This document shows positions 1 to 13,819 of a stretch of DNA of 64,000 nucleotides, piece after piece. The translations under genes and the position numbers were made by a program. Position 1 is the stretch's first letter, and each line of letters begins with the position of its first letter. Origin of the DNA: Eledone cirrhosa (taxonomy: Eukaryota); the NCBI GenBank assembly GCA_964016885.1, contig OZ024746.1:54498001-54562000 (forward strand). The letters run 5' to 3'. Below the pieces are notes generated by a model, which saw only the letters and a program-made list of their open reading frames with translations, did not search any database and was not told the origin of the DNA.

Positions 1-450
1 TATATATATATGCATATATATTGTGCGTGTACTTCAACATACGTCCAGTTTCATATAAACACTCTTTATATGAAACAACATTTATTCGTAACCGTACATG
101 TATCAATATTTATTCAGGAATTAAGAAACGTGACTTTACAAATCAATTTGTATGTTAAAGTGCAGTCAACACCCACTAACATATTCCCAAGAATTAAATA
201 TCTATGATGAGGTCATTGAGTACAAAAAATAATTCCATTTAACTGTTTAAATTAATTTGTGGTGATTTCATTCACTTGGCCTCGGCTTATATCTTTTCTT
301 TCTTTTTCGTTGTTGAAACGTCTCAATCGCTCTGCAACACAACACGTGACCATTCGATCGATTAATCATATGAATACTAATTGAATTGTCTATGTGTTGT
401 CTTATAGATTATGTGATTGTTTGTGTGTCAATGTAAATATATGTACGCAT

Positions 451-506
<56 letters not shown>

Positions 507-516
507 ATATATATAT

Positions 517-1650
<1,134 letters not shown>

Positions 1651-1942
1651 TTTAGGTGAAGATTTTGTTGCAGATATTAGAAATAGAACGTGTGTATGTT
1701 ACGATGTATGCATGTGAGTTTCTGTGTGTGTATACACACATATATATATATGTATATATATATACACTTTAAATTATCTCTGTAATTGTTTGATGTTTTT
1801 TATTTTATATATATTTTCATTCGACTTTTAGTTTAATATTAAATGCTCGGATTTACCACTTGTAATCTTTGAGCTTATTCCACAGGTGGTATGGCGCATG
1901 TTTCTCATATTTTCAGACATGGCATCTTTAATCTAATTTTGG

Positions 1943-1984
<42 letters not shown>

Positions 1985-1988
<4 letters not shown>

Positions 1989-2564
1989 AAGGAAGTGTGG
2001 TAAGGAACCAGGTGGACCATAACGCACCAGAGTACTCAATACTTTAGGTAGTAGAGTGGGTAATAGGAAAATGTTCAAGACCCCGATGGCAGAGCTCAAG
2101 CCGTCTTGACGGCTATTTCTGGACTAAATTAGATATTTAGCGTTTTCAATTGGTAATTCCATATATGGGCGTGCGATAATCATGTATTTCTGAAGATTAT
2201 AGTTGTCAAAAGGATTGGTCAAATTTTCTTGTAAACACAATTAAAGATCGGTGGGTGGCTGAACTTGCCTGTAGAACAATGAGGGAGTGGGTTAAGCCGG
2301 TCAAGCATTGAAAGTGAATTCTATATATTTTAAGTTTTTAATTTTTATTTATTAACTTTTTAATTTTTTAACCTTATAACTTCCCACTCTCAGATTTCTC
2401 TAGAATTCTTTTTTCGCCTGCTTTCTAGCTAGCCTAATTCATCCACACTCCTTAGAATTTACTGTATAGAATTCACTTCGGCTATTTATGACCACGTTAA
2501 AATCTAATTTAGTCCATAAATAGCCACCGAACGGCTTGAGCTCTGCCGTCGAGGTCTTGAACAT

Positions 2565-2568
<4 letters not shown>
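1985..2568 (-). mobile_element. Family A element with inverted partial terminal copy, flanked by (TA)n
   Basis: 2066-2145 and 2493-2568 are inverted repeats; 1985-2100 is the reverse complement of about 4250-4370. Confidence 0.6.
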
Positions 2569-2615
<47 letters not shown>

Positions 2616-2722
2616 TAGTATATCTACCAACATATGTATACAGATGTATACCCATGCTAGCAAATATATATGTTATGTCTTAGTACCTTTGTGGTTCTAT
2701 GCAGGGGGATGCAGAACAATTA

Positions 2723-3192
2723 TATGAAAGACGTAAAATAAGAAAATTTTAAAATTAACTTACTAAAATTTTCACTCCAACTAATTAGTTTCTGTAAGGG
2801 AATAAATATAGTTACGCAACGCAACTATTTACTGCTATGGTTCATGGTAGTAGTTAGGCTCTTGTCCTAATACCACCCCACTCCTCACTGATTAACCTCA
2901 GTGTCACGTGATTGATTCTTTAGAATTTGCCACTGACCAAGTAGGCAGTGAATTTTTTCAGTGCCCTGGAATCTAGTCCCCGCTAGCTTTTTTCCATCCA
3001 CTGAATTATTATTTTTATATGGGTTGCTAGTGTCCGCGCATTGCCTGGGAACTTAGCTGAGAATAGACTCCCTGATGACGTAAGGACTTCTCTATAGTTG
3101 CGTTGCGTAACTATATTTATTCCCTTACAGAAACTAATTAGTTGGAGTGAAAATTTTAGTAAGTTAATTTTAAAATTTTATTATTTTACGTC

Positions 3193-3198
<6 letters not shown>
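2723..3198. mobile_element. Element with ~105-bp inverted termini next to (TA)n; probable Penelope-type inverted pseudo-LTR
   Basis: 2723-2828 is a near-perfect reverse complement of 3093-3198; internal ccctgatgacgtaa...ttgcgtaac resembles a decayed hammerhead core. Confidence 0.6.
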
Positions 3199-3237
<39 letters not shown>

Positions 3238-3240
<3 letters not shown>

Positions 3241-3466
3241 ATAATAAATTTGAAGACTAAAATCCAAAGAGGGCTCGATAAGGATAAATATATATCAAAT
3301 ATATAAGAACCGCAGAGCAAATATTTATTAAAATAACAGATTAAAGTTTAACCAAACAATCGCTGCTTTCATCCTTAACGGGATCTTCTGAACGCGACTT
3401 TGTTAGTTTCAGAAGATCCCGTAAAGGGTGAAAGCAGCGATTCTTTGCTTAAACTTTAATCTGTTA

Positions 3467-3473
<7 letters not shown>
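3238..3473. mobile_element. (TA)n-flanked foldback element, family B (related copy 32962-33090)
   Basis: ~65-bp inverted repeat (3327-3392 vs 3408-3473); the same segments recur rearranged at 32962-33090. Confidence 0.6.
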
Positions 3474-3534
<61 letters not shown>

Positions 3535-4040
3535 GGCAGAAATGTAAATCAGTATCAATCTAATCAGCACACAAAATAGAAGCTTCGTTGTAGATATATA
3601 TAGAATAATCAAACCCCGCACATGTGTATTTCTGGTTAGATTCACTGGTCCGGCCTCAAGTAAAAGCAATAGTAAGGCTTGGTCTAAGCTGTTGCAGGAA
3701 CGTTCACTTCTGAAACACACGTGTGTTGTGTCTGACTATAATATATTAATATGGATAACGAATCAGCAATTTTAATTTGCTAATTATATACGTAAGAGAT
3801 TATTATTAAATTAATTCTCTTCGCTAGGATATTATTTTTATCTCGTTCCTCAATTTCATTCTACTTGCTTTACATATGAAATATTTTGGGCTATTTTGAG
3901 AAAATTATATATCAGTATTCGCTATACAGACATAAGTAAAACACACATATATACATATTATACATACATAATTACATGCATACACATATACATACACACA
4001 CGCACATATACACACACCGTCACACACACATATATATATG

Positions 4041-4104
<64 letters not shown>

Positions 4105-4199
4105 CATATTTGTATGTATTTCTATTACAGGCTGAGGCCATGCCGGAGCACCGGTTACTTATATACATGTGTGCATCTCTCTCTCTCTATATATATATA

Positions 4200-4370
4200 G
4201 GAAACGAGTCAGGACCCCGGCAGCTGAGCTCTGAAACTAGCTGTCGAAACGGCCGGAGCTCAGCCGTCGGGGTCCTGACTCTTTTCCTATTACCCACTCT
4301 ACTACCCAAAATATCGAGTACAGGTGTGTTATGGTCTACCTAGTTCATTACCACATTTCCTTCGTTATAT
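4200..4370 (+). mobile_element. Family A element with internal hairpin
   Basis: gagtcaggaccccg...cggggtcctgactc inverted repeat, then a tail shared with 1985-2070 (rc) and 26780-26835; (TA)n flanks. Confidence 0.6.
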
Positions 4371-4754
4371 ATATATATATACATCAACAAACACACTCAC
4401 ACACACACACATATATATATATATATGTATATACACACTCACACACATACATACCCCCATCCATTTATATATATATATAAAGATAGAGACAGAGAAAGAT
4501 AGAGAGAGAGAGGGAGATAGGACAGCAAGGAGAGGGAAAGTGTGAACGTGAGTGAGGTAGACTGAGCAGGAGAGTAAGAGACGGTGGGGGAACAATAACT
4601 AAATACCTAAACATATTGATAAATGACCAAACCCTACAGTTAGATGCTTTGGAATTGATTACATACCGGAAATTATGTTTCGCAAACCGGATGTTATGTG
4701 CCTATTGGAGTCGTCCCTCTTATTAATAGGTTGATGTTCCTCGTTGTCTTGGCC

Positions 4755-6075
4755 ACCACGCAACATTACACCACCACACCATTTCACTTCACCACGTCAT
4801 CATGCCACATCACCATACCACATCCCTCCATACCCACCACGCCACATTACACCGCCACATCCCTCCATCACCACCATGCCACATTGCACCACCACGTCCC
4901 TCCATCACCACCATACCACATCCCTCCATCACCACCATGCTACATTACACCACCACACCACATCACTTCAACACGTCTCCATACCACACCACCACACCGC
5001 ATCCCCCCATTGCCACCACACCGCATCCCTCCAACACCACCAAGCCACATTACACCACCACACCGCATCCCTCCATTGCCACCAAGCCACATTACACCAC
5101 CATACCACATCACTCCATCACTACCAAGCCACATTAGACCACCATACCACATCCCTCCATCGCCACCATGCCACATTACACCACCACACCACATCCCTCC
5201 ATCGTCACCACGCCACATTACACCACCATCACAAAACCAGAACTACCACCAATCTGTTCCCACACCACCTCACTTCACAATACCACCATACCATACCACT
5301 CCATCACTACCACCATCACAATACCACAACCACTACCACCTGTACTTCCACCAATCTGTTCCCACACCACCTCACTTCACAATACCACCATACCATACCA
5401 CTCCATCACTACCACCATCACAATACCACCACCACTACCACCTGTACTTCCACCAATCTGTTCCCACACCACCTCACTTCACAATACCACCATACCATAC
5501 CACTCCATCACTACCACCATCACAATACCACAACCACTACCACCTGTACTTCCACCAATCTGTTCCCACACCACCTCACTTCACAAAATCACCATACCAT
5601 ACCACTCCATCACTACCACCATCACAATACCACCACCACTACCACCTGTACTTCCACCAATCTGTTCCCACACCACCTCACTTCACAATACCACCATACC
5701 ATACCACTCCATCACTACCACCATCAAAATACCACCACCACTACCACCTGTACTTCCACCAATCTGTTCCCACACCACCTCACTTCACAATACCACCATA
5801 CCATACCACTCCATCACCACCACCATCAAAATACCACCACCACTACCACCTGTACTTCCACCAATCTGTTCCCACACCACCTCACTTCACAATACCACCA
5901 TACCATACCACTCCATCACTACCACCATCACAATACCACAACCACTACCACCTGTACTTCCACCAATCTGTTCCCACACCACCTCACTTCACAAAATCAC
6001 CATACCATACCACTCCATCACCACCACCATCAAAATACCACTACCACTACCACCTGTACTTCCACCAATCTGTTC
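4755..6075. repeat. C/A-rich minisatellite: degenerate (CCA)-based repeats (4755-5245), then about 8 copies of a 102-bp unit (5247-6075)
   Basis: Unit starting caccaatctgttcccacaccacctcacttcacaatacc recurs every 102 bp. Confidence 0.95.
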
Positions 6076-6156
6076 TTACTATAGACGTTCTATTGTGTGG
6101 TGTGTTATTCATCTACAGAATGGAACAACACATCAACATCAACAACAACGAAATAT

Positions 6157-6157
6157 T

Positions 6158-6216
<59 letters not shown>

Positions 6217-6340
6217 GCTGCTGCTGTTACTACTACCACTACTGCTATTACTACTGCTGCTACTACTACTACTGCTGCTGCTGTTACTACTACTATTACT
6301 ACCACTACTACTATTACTACCACTACTATTACTACTGCTG

Positions 6341-6405
<65 letters not shown>

Positions 6406-6452
6406 GATAATATTGATAGTAATAATAATAATAATATTAATAATCATAATAA
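6157..6452. repeat. (CTA)n/(CTG)n followed by (TAA)n microsatellite
   Basis: Direct inspection. Confidence 0.95.
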
Positions 6453-7110
6453 TTAGCTAACCCCTCAGCAGTTGGCAACAAATTCATAACAATTATTCTG
6501 ATATATATTTTTTTTATTGTATCATTTGAATTATTAGAGCATTAATTATCTTTGATTGTTTTGCTTATCGGTATTAATTACCCAAACCAAAACAATAGTT
6601 AATTTTCTGGCCCTAGAGAATTTAACATTTAACTCTTCCTAATTAAGCACTGACTGTAGTACACGAAACCCTTTCTTATGTAATGTTTTACACTGTATTA
6701 TAATTATCATTCAATACGCCAATCCAACTGGAAATGTAATGCATTGTGGAACGGTCCGTTTAGCAGAAGAGAGATGTTTTCACTAAAGCGTATGCGTTAA
6801 ATAAACGGATTTAAATATAATTATATGTTAGTTTAAAAAATTACACTATTCGCTTTTACCAACTTTATTACAATCACCATTGCCACTAGCTGCAGAGCTT
6901 CGTATATCATATGAATGTATACGTGTACATATTTGGTTATGTCAGTAACTATTGTAAGTATTTGCCCATCTCATAGCATCACTGCTTCCCACTTCATCAA
7001 CACACAAATAAATTAACCCCCCCCCCCCCCCTCACAACGTTACTTGCATCAAAACAGAAGTAAATGTACTTTTCTATCCCGTTTCTATCCAGCTCCCTTC
7101 AACAATATTT

Positions 7111-7297
7111 GGGTGAATTGGCAGTATCGGTAGAGGGTCGGACGCCATGCTTGCCAGCATAGTTACGTCTCTTTACGGTCTGAGTTCAAATCCCGTCGAG
7201 GTTAACTTTGCCTTTCATCCTTACGGGGTCGATAAAATAAAGTACCAGTAATGCACTGGTTAATTGCTGGCCTTGTGCCAAAAGTAGAAACAATTAT
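7111..7297 (+). mobile_element. tRNA-derived SINE, family S1
   Basis: A box TGGCAGTATCGG, B box GAGTTCAAATCC, conserved body gcctttcatccttacggggtcgataaaataaagtacc, AT-rich tail; more than 10 copies in the window. Confidence 0.9.
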
Positions 7298-7453
7298 TTT
7301 CTCCTTCGTTTTTCTCACGCCGAAACTATTACGACTTCGAACGAATTTTTTCACTGCTTCTTTTTTGTTTTTACCCTTCCTCCATCCCATAACGTATGTT
7401 AACGCATGCTAATTATATCGCTAATGATTATGACGATGATGATAATGATGATA

Positions 7454-7741
7454 CAGGACTGGATTTAATGAGGAGCAAAGGGGTAAATTGCCCCATGACT
7501 CCAGCATTAAGGGGGCCCCACCAACGACGGCTGTGCCCTCAGCTAGGCTACTTAGTTTTAGGATGGTTAGAATGTTTGAATTTAATACCTGTATGTATAA
7601 CTTTTCAATTCCAATTACTTACGCCTAGCTAACTTTGATATGTAAAATTGAGGGGTTTGCTGTGTATTCTAATTGTTTGTGTGTGATGGGACCCCCAAAC
7701 CTGAAGTGTCCCGGTCTCCTCAAGTTTTAAATCCAGCCCTG
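7454..7741. mobile_element. MITE (non-autonomous DNA transposon)
   Basis: Terminal inverted repeats caggactggatttaa / ttaaatccagccctg, TA on both sides. Confidence 0.7.
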
Positions 7742-7787
7742 TAATGAGGATCATGAGAATTAGTCGGCGAATGATGACTATGATTTC

Positions 7788-8056
<269 letters not shown>

Positions 8057-8103
8057 AATAAAAAAAATAAATAGCAGTAGTAATAGCAGTATTATTAGTA
8101 GTT

Positions 8104-8276
8104 GTGGTTTGGCAGTATCAGTAGAGGGTCGAACTCCATGCTTTGACGCATAGAGTTACGGCCCTTGCCATTCTGAGTTCAAATCCCGTCGAGGTTAACC
8201 TTACAGGTTCGATAAAATAAAGTACCAGTAATGCATTGAGTAATTGCTGGCCTTGTGCCAAAAGTAGAAACTATTA
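8104..8276 (+). mobile_element. SINE S1 with internal deletion
   Basis: A/B boxes and tail match 7111-7297. Confidence 0.85.
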
Positions 8277-8307
8277 GTTGTTGTCGCAACAGCAAGAGCA
8301 GCAGCAT

Positions 8308-8342
<35 letters not shown>

Positions 8343-9104
8343 ATCGCTAGCCATTGTTCTTGATATAATTTTTGTTGCTGCTTTCACTGTCTGCTAATAC
8401 TTGTATTGTTAGTGTATATGTTGTATATGTTATATATATGTTTTAATGTGTATTGTGTATGTGTTATTTATGTTGTGTATGGGCTTCTTCATAATCTGTA
8501 TATTTTGTGTGTATAATGTATATGTTACTATATATGTTCTGAATATATGTTCATGTATATGTAGTGTATATGTTATCTGTATGTTTTCATGTATATGTTG
8601 TATATGCTATGTATATTTTATGTACACTATATGTGAAGTATTTGTAGTGCATTTGTTTTTATATTTTATATTAAGTGATGTTTTTTTTCCTCTCTTTATA
8701 TTGACATTGTTATTTTGGTTTCTCCACGCGCACTTCCCTGCAATCCAAATTCTAACATAGCCGCACCTATATTTAGTTATCTGAGTTCTATTATTTTTAA
8801 AGTCTTTTGTTCCAGCAACCATTGACCAATTTTTGGTCGAGTTCTATGTATTGTTCACCTTGGTTTCATTCCTCTATACATTGTTGTTCTTTAGCTATTT
8901 ATTTCTCTGTGTATGTCTGTGTTTACACGTGTGTGTTTGTGTCTATGTGCTGTTGAATGTGTATATATGTAATGTCTAGGTATAGCAGCTTGTGATGCAA
9001 AACTTGGGAATAAAATTGTCTGCTTGTGTTTGAGTTTATTCATTGTATTGTGTATGAATCTGTGAACGTTGAAAATGTATGTGTGCGAGCGCTTGGTTGT
9101 GTGA

Positions 9105-9124
9105 GTATGTGTGTGTGTGCGTGT

Positions 9125-9200
<76 letters not shown>

Positions 9201-9212
9201 TGTGTGTGTGTG
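9105..9212. repeat. (GT)n microsatellite
   Basis: Direct inspection. Confidence 0.95.
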
Positions 9213-9799
9213 AATGTATGCGAGTTTATGCATTTATGTAAGAAAGTGGATGTAGGAATGCGTGTTTCAATGTCACAAAACATGACGTGTAGTATGTATG
9301 TATTTATGTTTACCAGCAGAGTCAACGGCCATCCACAGAGTATGTTTTTTGCTTTGTTTTGTTTTTTTCCGTTGGGAGTGAAAGACTCCAAGTTGTTGTC
9401 ACAACACCTTTCTAGGAGAAGGAAACTCTGAAAAAAACAACAACAAAAACACCTGTGGCTTCAGAAGCATCCGATGATGTTGACCAGTTCTCTTTTTTGA
9501 GTGCAAGGCCTTTCCCCACTTAAAAGAACCTTTAAATTACAGGCATTGCCTGTTCAGGATCTGTTACAGGTTCGTGTGGCTGGCTCTAGCCTAAAAGTGC
9601 ACCAAACTCTTTAACCTGATAAGCGATTGCAATACTCTTAGAAGTGTTTTCAGCCATCATGTATTTTCTCTCTTGCTAGTAATTTTGTGTTTATTTTTGA
9701 CTGGCATCCTTCCTGGTGGCAAGGTTGTAAACAAAAGCAAAATGTGGTCATCTCTTGTATAAGCATTCATGTTTTGAATCGTAAGAATGTTTTACAAAT

Positions 9800-11050
9800 T
9801 TTGAAGATTCCTGTTATCGCGGCCATTTGTACCTATGTATCAAGGAGCGACGTCCTTTCTCCATAAATCCAAGATCAGTTATACTTTGGGTCATTCGGGT
9901 TGGTATATAACATGTAGCTCTAATAATGAAAAGTATGAGGCTGGGTGTGTATCTTGGATACTTCATGAGCAAACTCCTCATCAATGGTCTCTAGACATCC
10001 TCCTGTTGCATTTGCTTACCACAACGACGCCAAGGGGGCAGCCGACTTGTAAAACAGAGTTTGTTTTTATTTTGTGGTCCAAAACAACAATATCAGGCCC
10101 GTTCTGTTTTAATTTGGTAGTAGCTATTATTTTTAGGTTGCACCAGTATTCCTTTGAGCCATCAGTTTCAAATATTTCTCCCTCTTTGATTTGAATTTCG
10201 TCTTTAGTAATGCATTCCAGATTGTTCTAGCTATCACATCATACATCACGGGGAGGTAGTAACGAGAAGACATTTTTTCCTAGCTGGCAATAACGTGTCT
10301 AACATCTTCAATCTTTGTTTTGAACAGCTTAAATGTATTGTTAAACTATCACCTTCATCTTTTGTGTTGTTGCTACTTAGTGGGGATTTCTTGTACATGG
10401 ATTGCATGAAGATTTCAAATCCTTCAAGGTGCGATAATATGAACTTATCGGATCTCTCTGTTTGGCTTTCACTATGGTTTATGCTCACTATGATCTGTAT
10501 TTTTCATTTTAAGTACCCATGTACAACGTAGTAATCTGTCCATTTCTTTTATTCTGTTCATGATTTTAGTAGAGTCTTCAAATGTTCTTGTGAGAAAGAT
10601 GTATCAAGTTTTATTTCATGTGTCACTTCTAGATCAGTGGTTTTCTTAACAATATTTTTATTTTCATGCTCACAAACCTGGGTAATATGGCTGTTGACCT
10701 TTTTCTTCTGTTGAAGATGTTGCTTCAGTGTTATTCTCCGGGTCTCATGTGACATTAATATGGATTGTTGACCCCGACCTCCCTCGTTAAGTGAGAAATA
10801 TAGTATATCAACTTCATCATTGAGTTTAAAGTTTCCAATATCTCTGAGCAGCTTGCGAGTCCTTACATCTATCTCTTCAGTTCTTGCAATGACCACCCCA
10901 GCAGGCGATATGTATTATGGGAAATTTACTTGCTCTATACTGAGACTTCTAATGTTCATATTCTCTTAACTCTCCTGAGGTATTCATTCTTTGTCATCCC
11001 GTTATTTTTGGGTCCATAATATGACATTCTCATCCTGAAATATGTGTCAC
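9800..11050 (-). pseudogene. Old decayed R4/Dong-like RLE LINE, 3' portion
   Basis: EIDVRTRKLL...EVDILYFSLNEGGRG aligns to EMDRKTRKLL...DVDRLYLRRSEGGRG of the 1130-aa ORF; minus strand near 10040-10145 reads WCNLKIIATTKLKQNGPDIVVLD...LQVGCP (RLE motif). Confidence 0.75.
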
Positions 11051-11475
11051 CTGTCTGTAGAAGCTCTATCGCTAAGCTGTTCACTTTTAGGATTTCAAAG
11101 GAGGGAATTACATTTCGACGTCTTATTGTCAACCATACTGGTTTCAGTCAATAGACTGCGTCCATGCTTGGTTAATGCCTGATTTCAGTTATGATATAGA
11201 ACCCAGTACTCATTTTATATCAATCTAGCAAGTTACGAGGTGCACATTCGGACACAGACAAAGATAAACGACACGACCAAAGAAGTATACACACGCACAC
11301 ACAAACACACGCGCACGCACGCACGCACACACACACACACCTATATATATATATATTTATATATATGTAGTACTTCTTTGCGCTGTACGTCGAAACACCC
11401 ACTTCCTATTTAAAACCGCATTTTCCATCAGATTCAAATGCAGCTACTTGCTTCGCATCACAGAGAGAGTGGCAG

Positions 11476-11477
<2 letters not shown>

Positions 11478-11551
<74 letters not shown>
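11478..11551. repeat. (GA)n microsatellite
   Basis: Direct inspection. Confidence 0.95.
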
Positions 11552-11556
<5 letters not shown>

Positions 11557-12215
11557 GGGAGGGGGGGGGGCAGAGAATCGTCCCTAGTACAGGAATTGTA
11601 CATCATTTATCGACCTTGAAAGGATGAAATCAAAAGTTAAGCTACAGGCTCCTTTGAACTCATAACGCAGAGAGTTGGTGCGATTAATGTAATTCACTCT
11701 GTTCCATGTTCCTTTTCACCTGATATTTGGAAAACAGTACTGTGCTTGAAGTTGTTTTTCTCATTAAATACCAATGGATCACGGCGCCAATAGAGATGGC
11801 AATAAGTGTGAACCTATTTAATTTTCAGGATTGATATTCCATATACAGGTTTACTGGATATACAGGCAATCATACAAGCCGTGAAAGTAGCCTTTCGTTA
11901 GATTAATATTTTGCATGTGTAAAACAATATAGTTTATGTTAGTAGAAGAAAATCCATATAGTTTATGAAACGTTGAAAATAATGCTATTTTAATAGTTTA
12001 TTTCTAAATATATGTACAACAGATATACAGGCTGTAATGTATGAGTAAGTTTGGAGAAATAACTACTTAGAGAAATAAATGTAGCGGCAAAACTCTGGAA
12101 GTTCTTATCGTAGCAACATGACTGAGATAGTAAATGAATTGTGTGTACGTGTGTGTTTGTGTATATTTTCATTATCACACACACACACACATACATACAT
12201 ATATATATATATATA

Positions 12216-12376
12216 CAGACTGAAATTCCGTTATAACGAAATTCACGGGGTATTAAGAAAATTCGTTGTAATGAAAGATTCTTTATAACGAGATCGACCT
12301 AACACATTGAGCGTGTGACCAGGGAGTGACAACATTTTGTTATGCAGACAAATTCGTTATAACGGAATTTTACCTG
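12216..12376. mobile_element. pogo/Tigger-like MITE
   Basis: TA|cag...aaattccgttataacgaa and ttcgttataacggaattttacctg|TA termini; internal ttcgtt(a/g)taa repeats. Confidence 0.75.
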
Positions 12377-12560
12377 TATATATATATACCGAAGAAGGGA
12401 ACTTTAAGTCTCTATTAGGATGAAAGAAACAACAGCAACAAAAAACAAAATAAAGATTACCAGGTAACTAAGTTTATCGTTACATTCATCTTACTCTCCA
12501 TTTTGCATTGTTTAGCCTTATATCATTTTCCAATGCTTCAATGAAACTACAACATTTTAG

Positions 12561-12592
<32 letters not shown>

Positions 12593-12624
12593 TATATATA
12601 TAAATATATATATATAAGTTTTTA

Positions 12625-13400
12625 AAATGTCCCACACGGATGTTCTCCGGTTCATGGATTCTCTCTTCTGTGGGTGTTTTACCACTATATTGATATCATC
12701 AACATAGTGAGAATACCTGGCTCTGGCGGCTATGGAGTCTGATGTCCCACCAGACCATGACCAGATTTGCCACCCCAACAGCAAAACTGACGTCGATGGC
12801 ATATGTTTTATTATTGAACTTAAACACATGAACCTTTCCAGGATGTGCCATCATGTGGGGGATGTTGTGTCCGTATGACTCTGGTCCACCGCATCCATCT
12901 TTCTTAGGGTGTCTTTTTGGCATTCGAGATAATGGTAGGAAGTCTACCTCTTACTGGTTTACTGTGTAGAAACAGCAAAGTTTGTATTCACCTTCGTATT
13001 CTGTGTCACAGGTAAATCTAAAGAGGAGGCCCAGTTTCTCAGTGTCAAGTCCTCCACACTTTCGCTGATCATCGACATGCAGCAAAATCAACGTCAATGG
13101 ATGGGTAAAAGGATACTACACACGTGCTGCTTATTGTGCAGTTTATTAGGTCGTATATTCGGTTGCATTTAGTGATTCTGCATAGGAGGTCCTTCATGCT
13201 GTCACATACGTCTGGGGACATTTTGATTATAGGGCGTAAGGTCATAGAGAAAATGTAGGATCATGTAGTTGCTGGCGATATTTACTCCGCATAAGTGGTT
13301 ATTTTATCATCCTTGCGGACTCAACACAGCACTGGGATGGTATTATTTGAGGCTTGGATATTTTTGGCCGTGCACTTACTTTGTTCTAGGATGTGAGCGT
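12625..13400 (-). pseudogene. Decayed Penelope-like RT fragment, same family as 36379-39090
   Basis: Peptides HVFKFNNKTY..VANLVMVWWD and YSHYVDDINIVV match HIFKFNEKIY..VANLFMVWWE and YSRYVDDINIVI. Confidence 0.85.
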
Positions 13401-13782
13401 TGAGGATATTCTCTCTCTTCTGATGTGCATGTTTCATGTTGATAATGTAGGGTTGCATTCTCTGGATCTTGTTTTGCAATACGTATATAGAAAGTTAGTA
13501 AGATACACTGCTTGTCCGAAATATAAAAAAAAAAGATGCCCGCCCACACACACACACAAACACATACACATAAAACGCACATTGGTAACACGAATACAAA
13601 ACCACACACTGCGAATGGGCAGGCGCAGGCGCAAACAAATGCACAGATACGAATCACGAACAATGAATCACAAAACAAGAGACAAGTTGGTGTAACAGAT
13701 TAAGACCAGAAAGAGGGGGAGGCATAAAAGAGAATATATATATATATTTATATTCTCTTTTATGCCTCCCCTTCTTTCTGGT

Positions 13783-13819
<37 letters not shown>

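Noticed and set aside
5247-6075. Regular repeat array as a possible CRISPR
   Set aside because: No unique spacers, no cas genes, eukaryotic context
4698-6460. Long His/Pro/Thr-rich ORFs (569, 446 and 430 aa) resembling extensins or His-rich structural proteins
   Set aside because: All three + frames are open because the C/A-rich repeat lacks stop codons; the ORFs run into (CTA)n and show no codon or splice evidence
7111-7200. tRNA gene suggested by A and B boxes
   Set aside because: No cloverleaf; continues into a multi-copy SINE body
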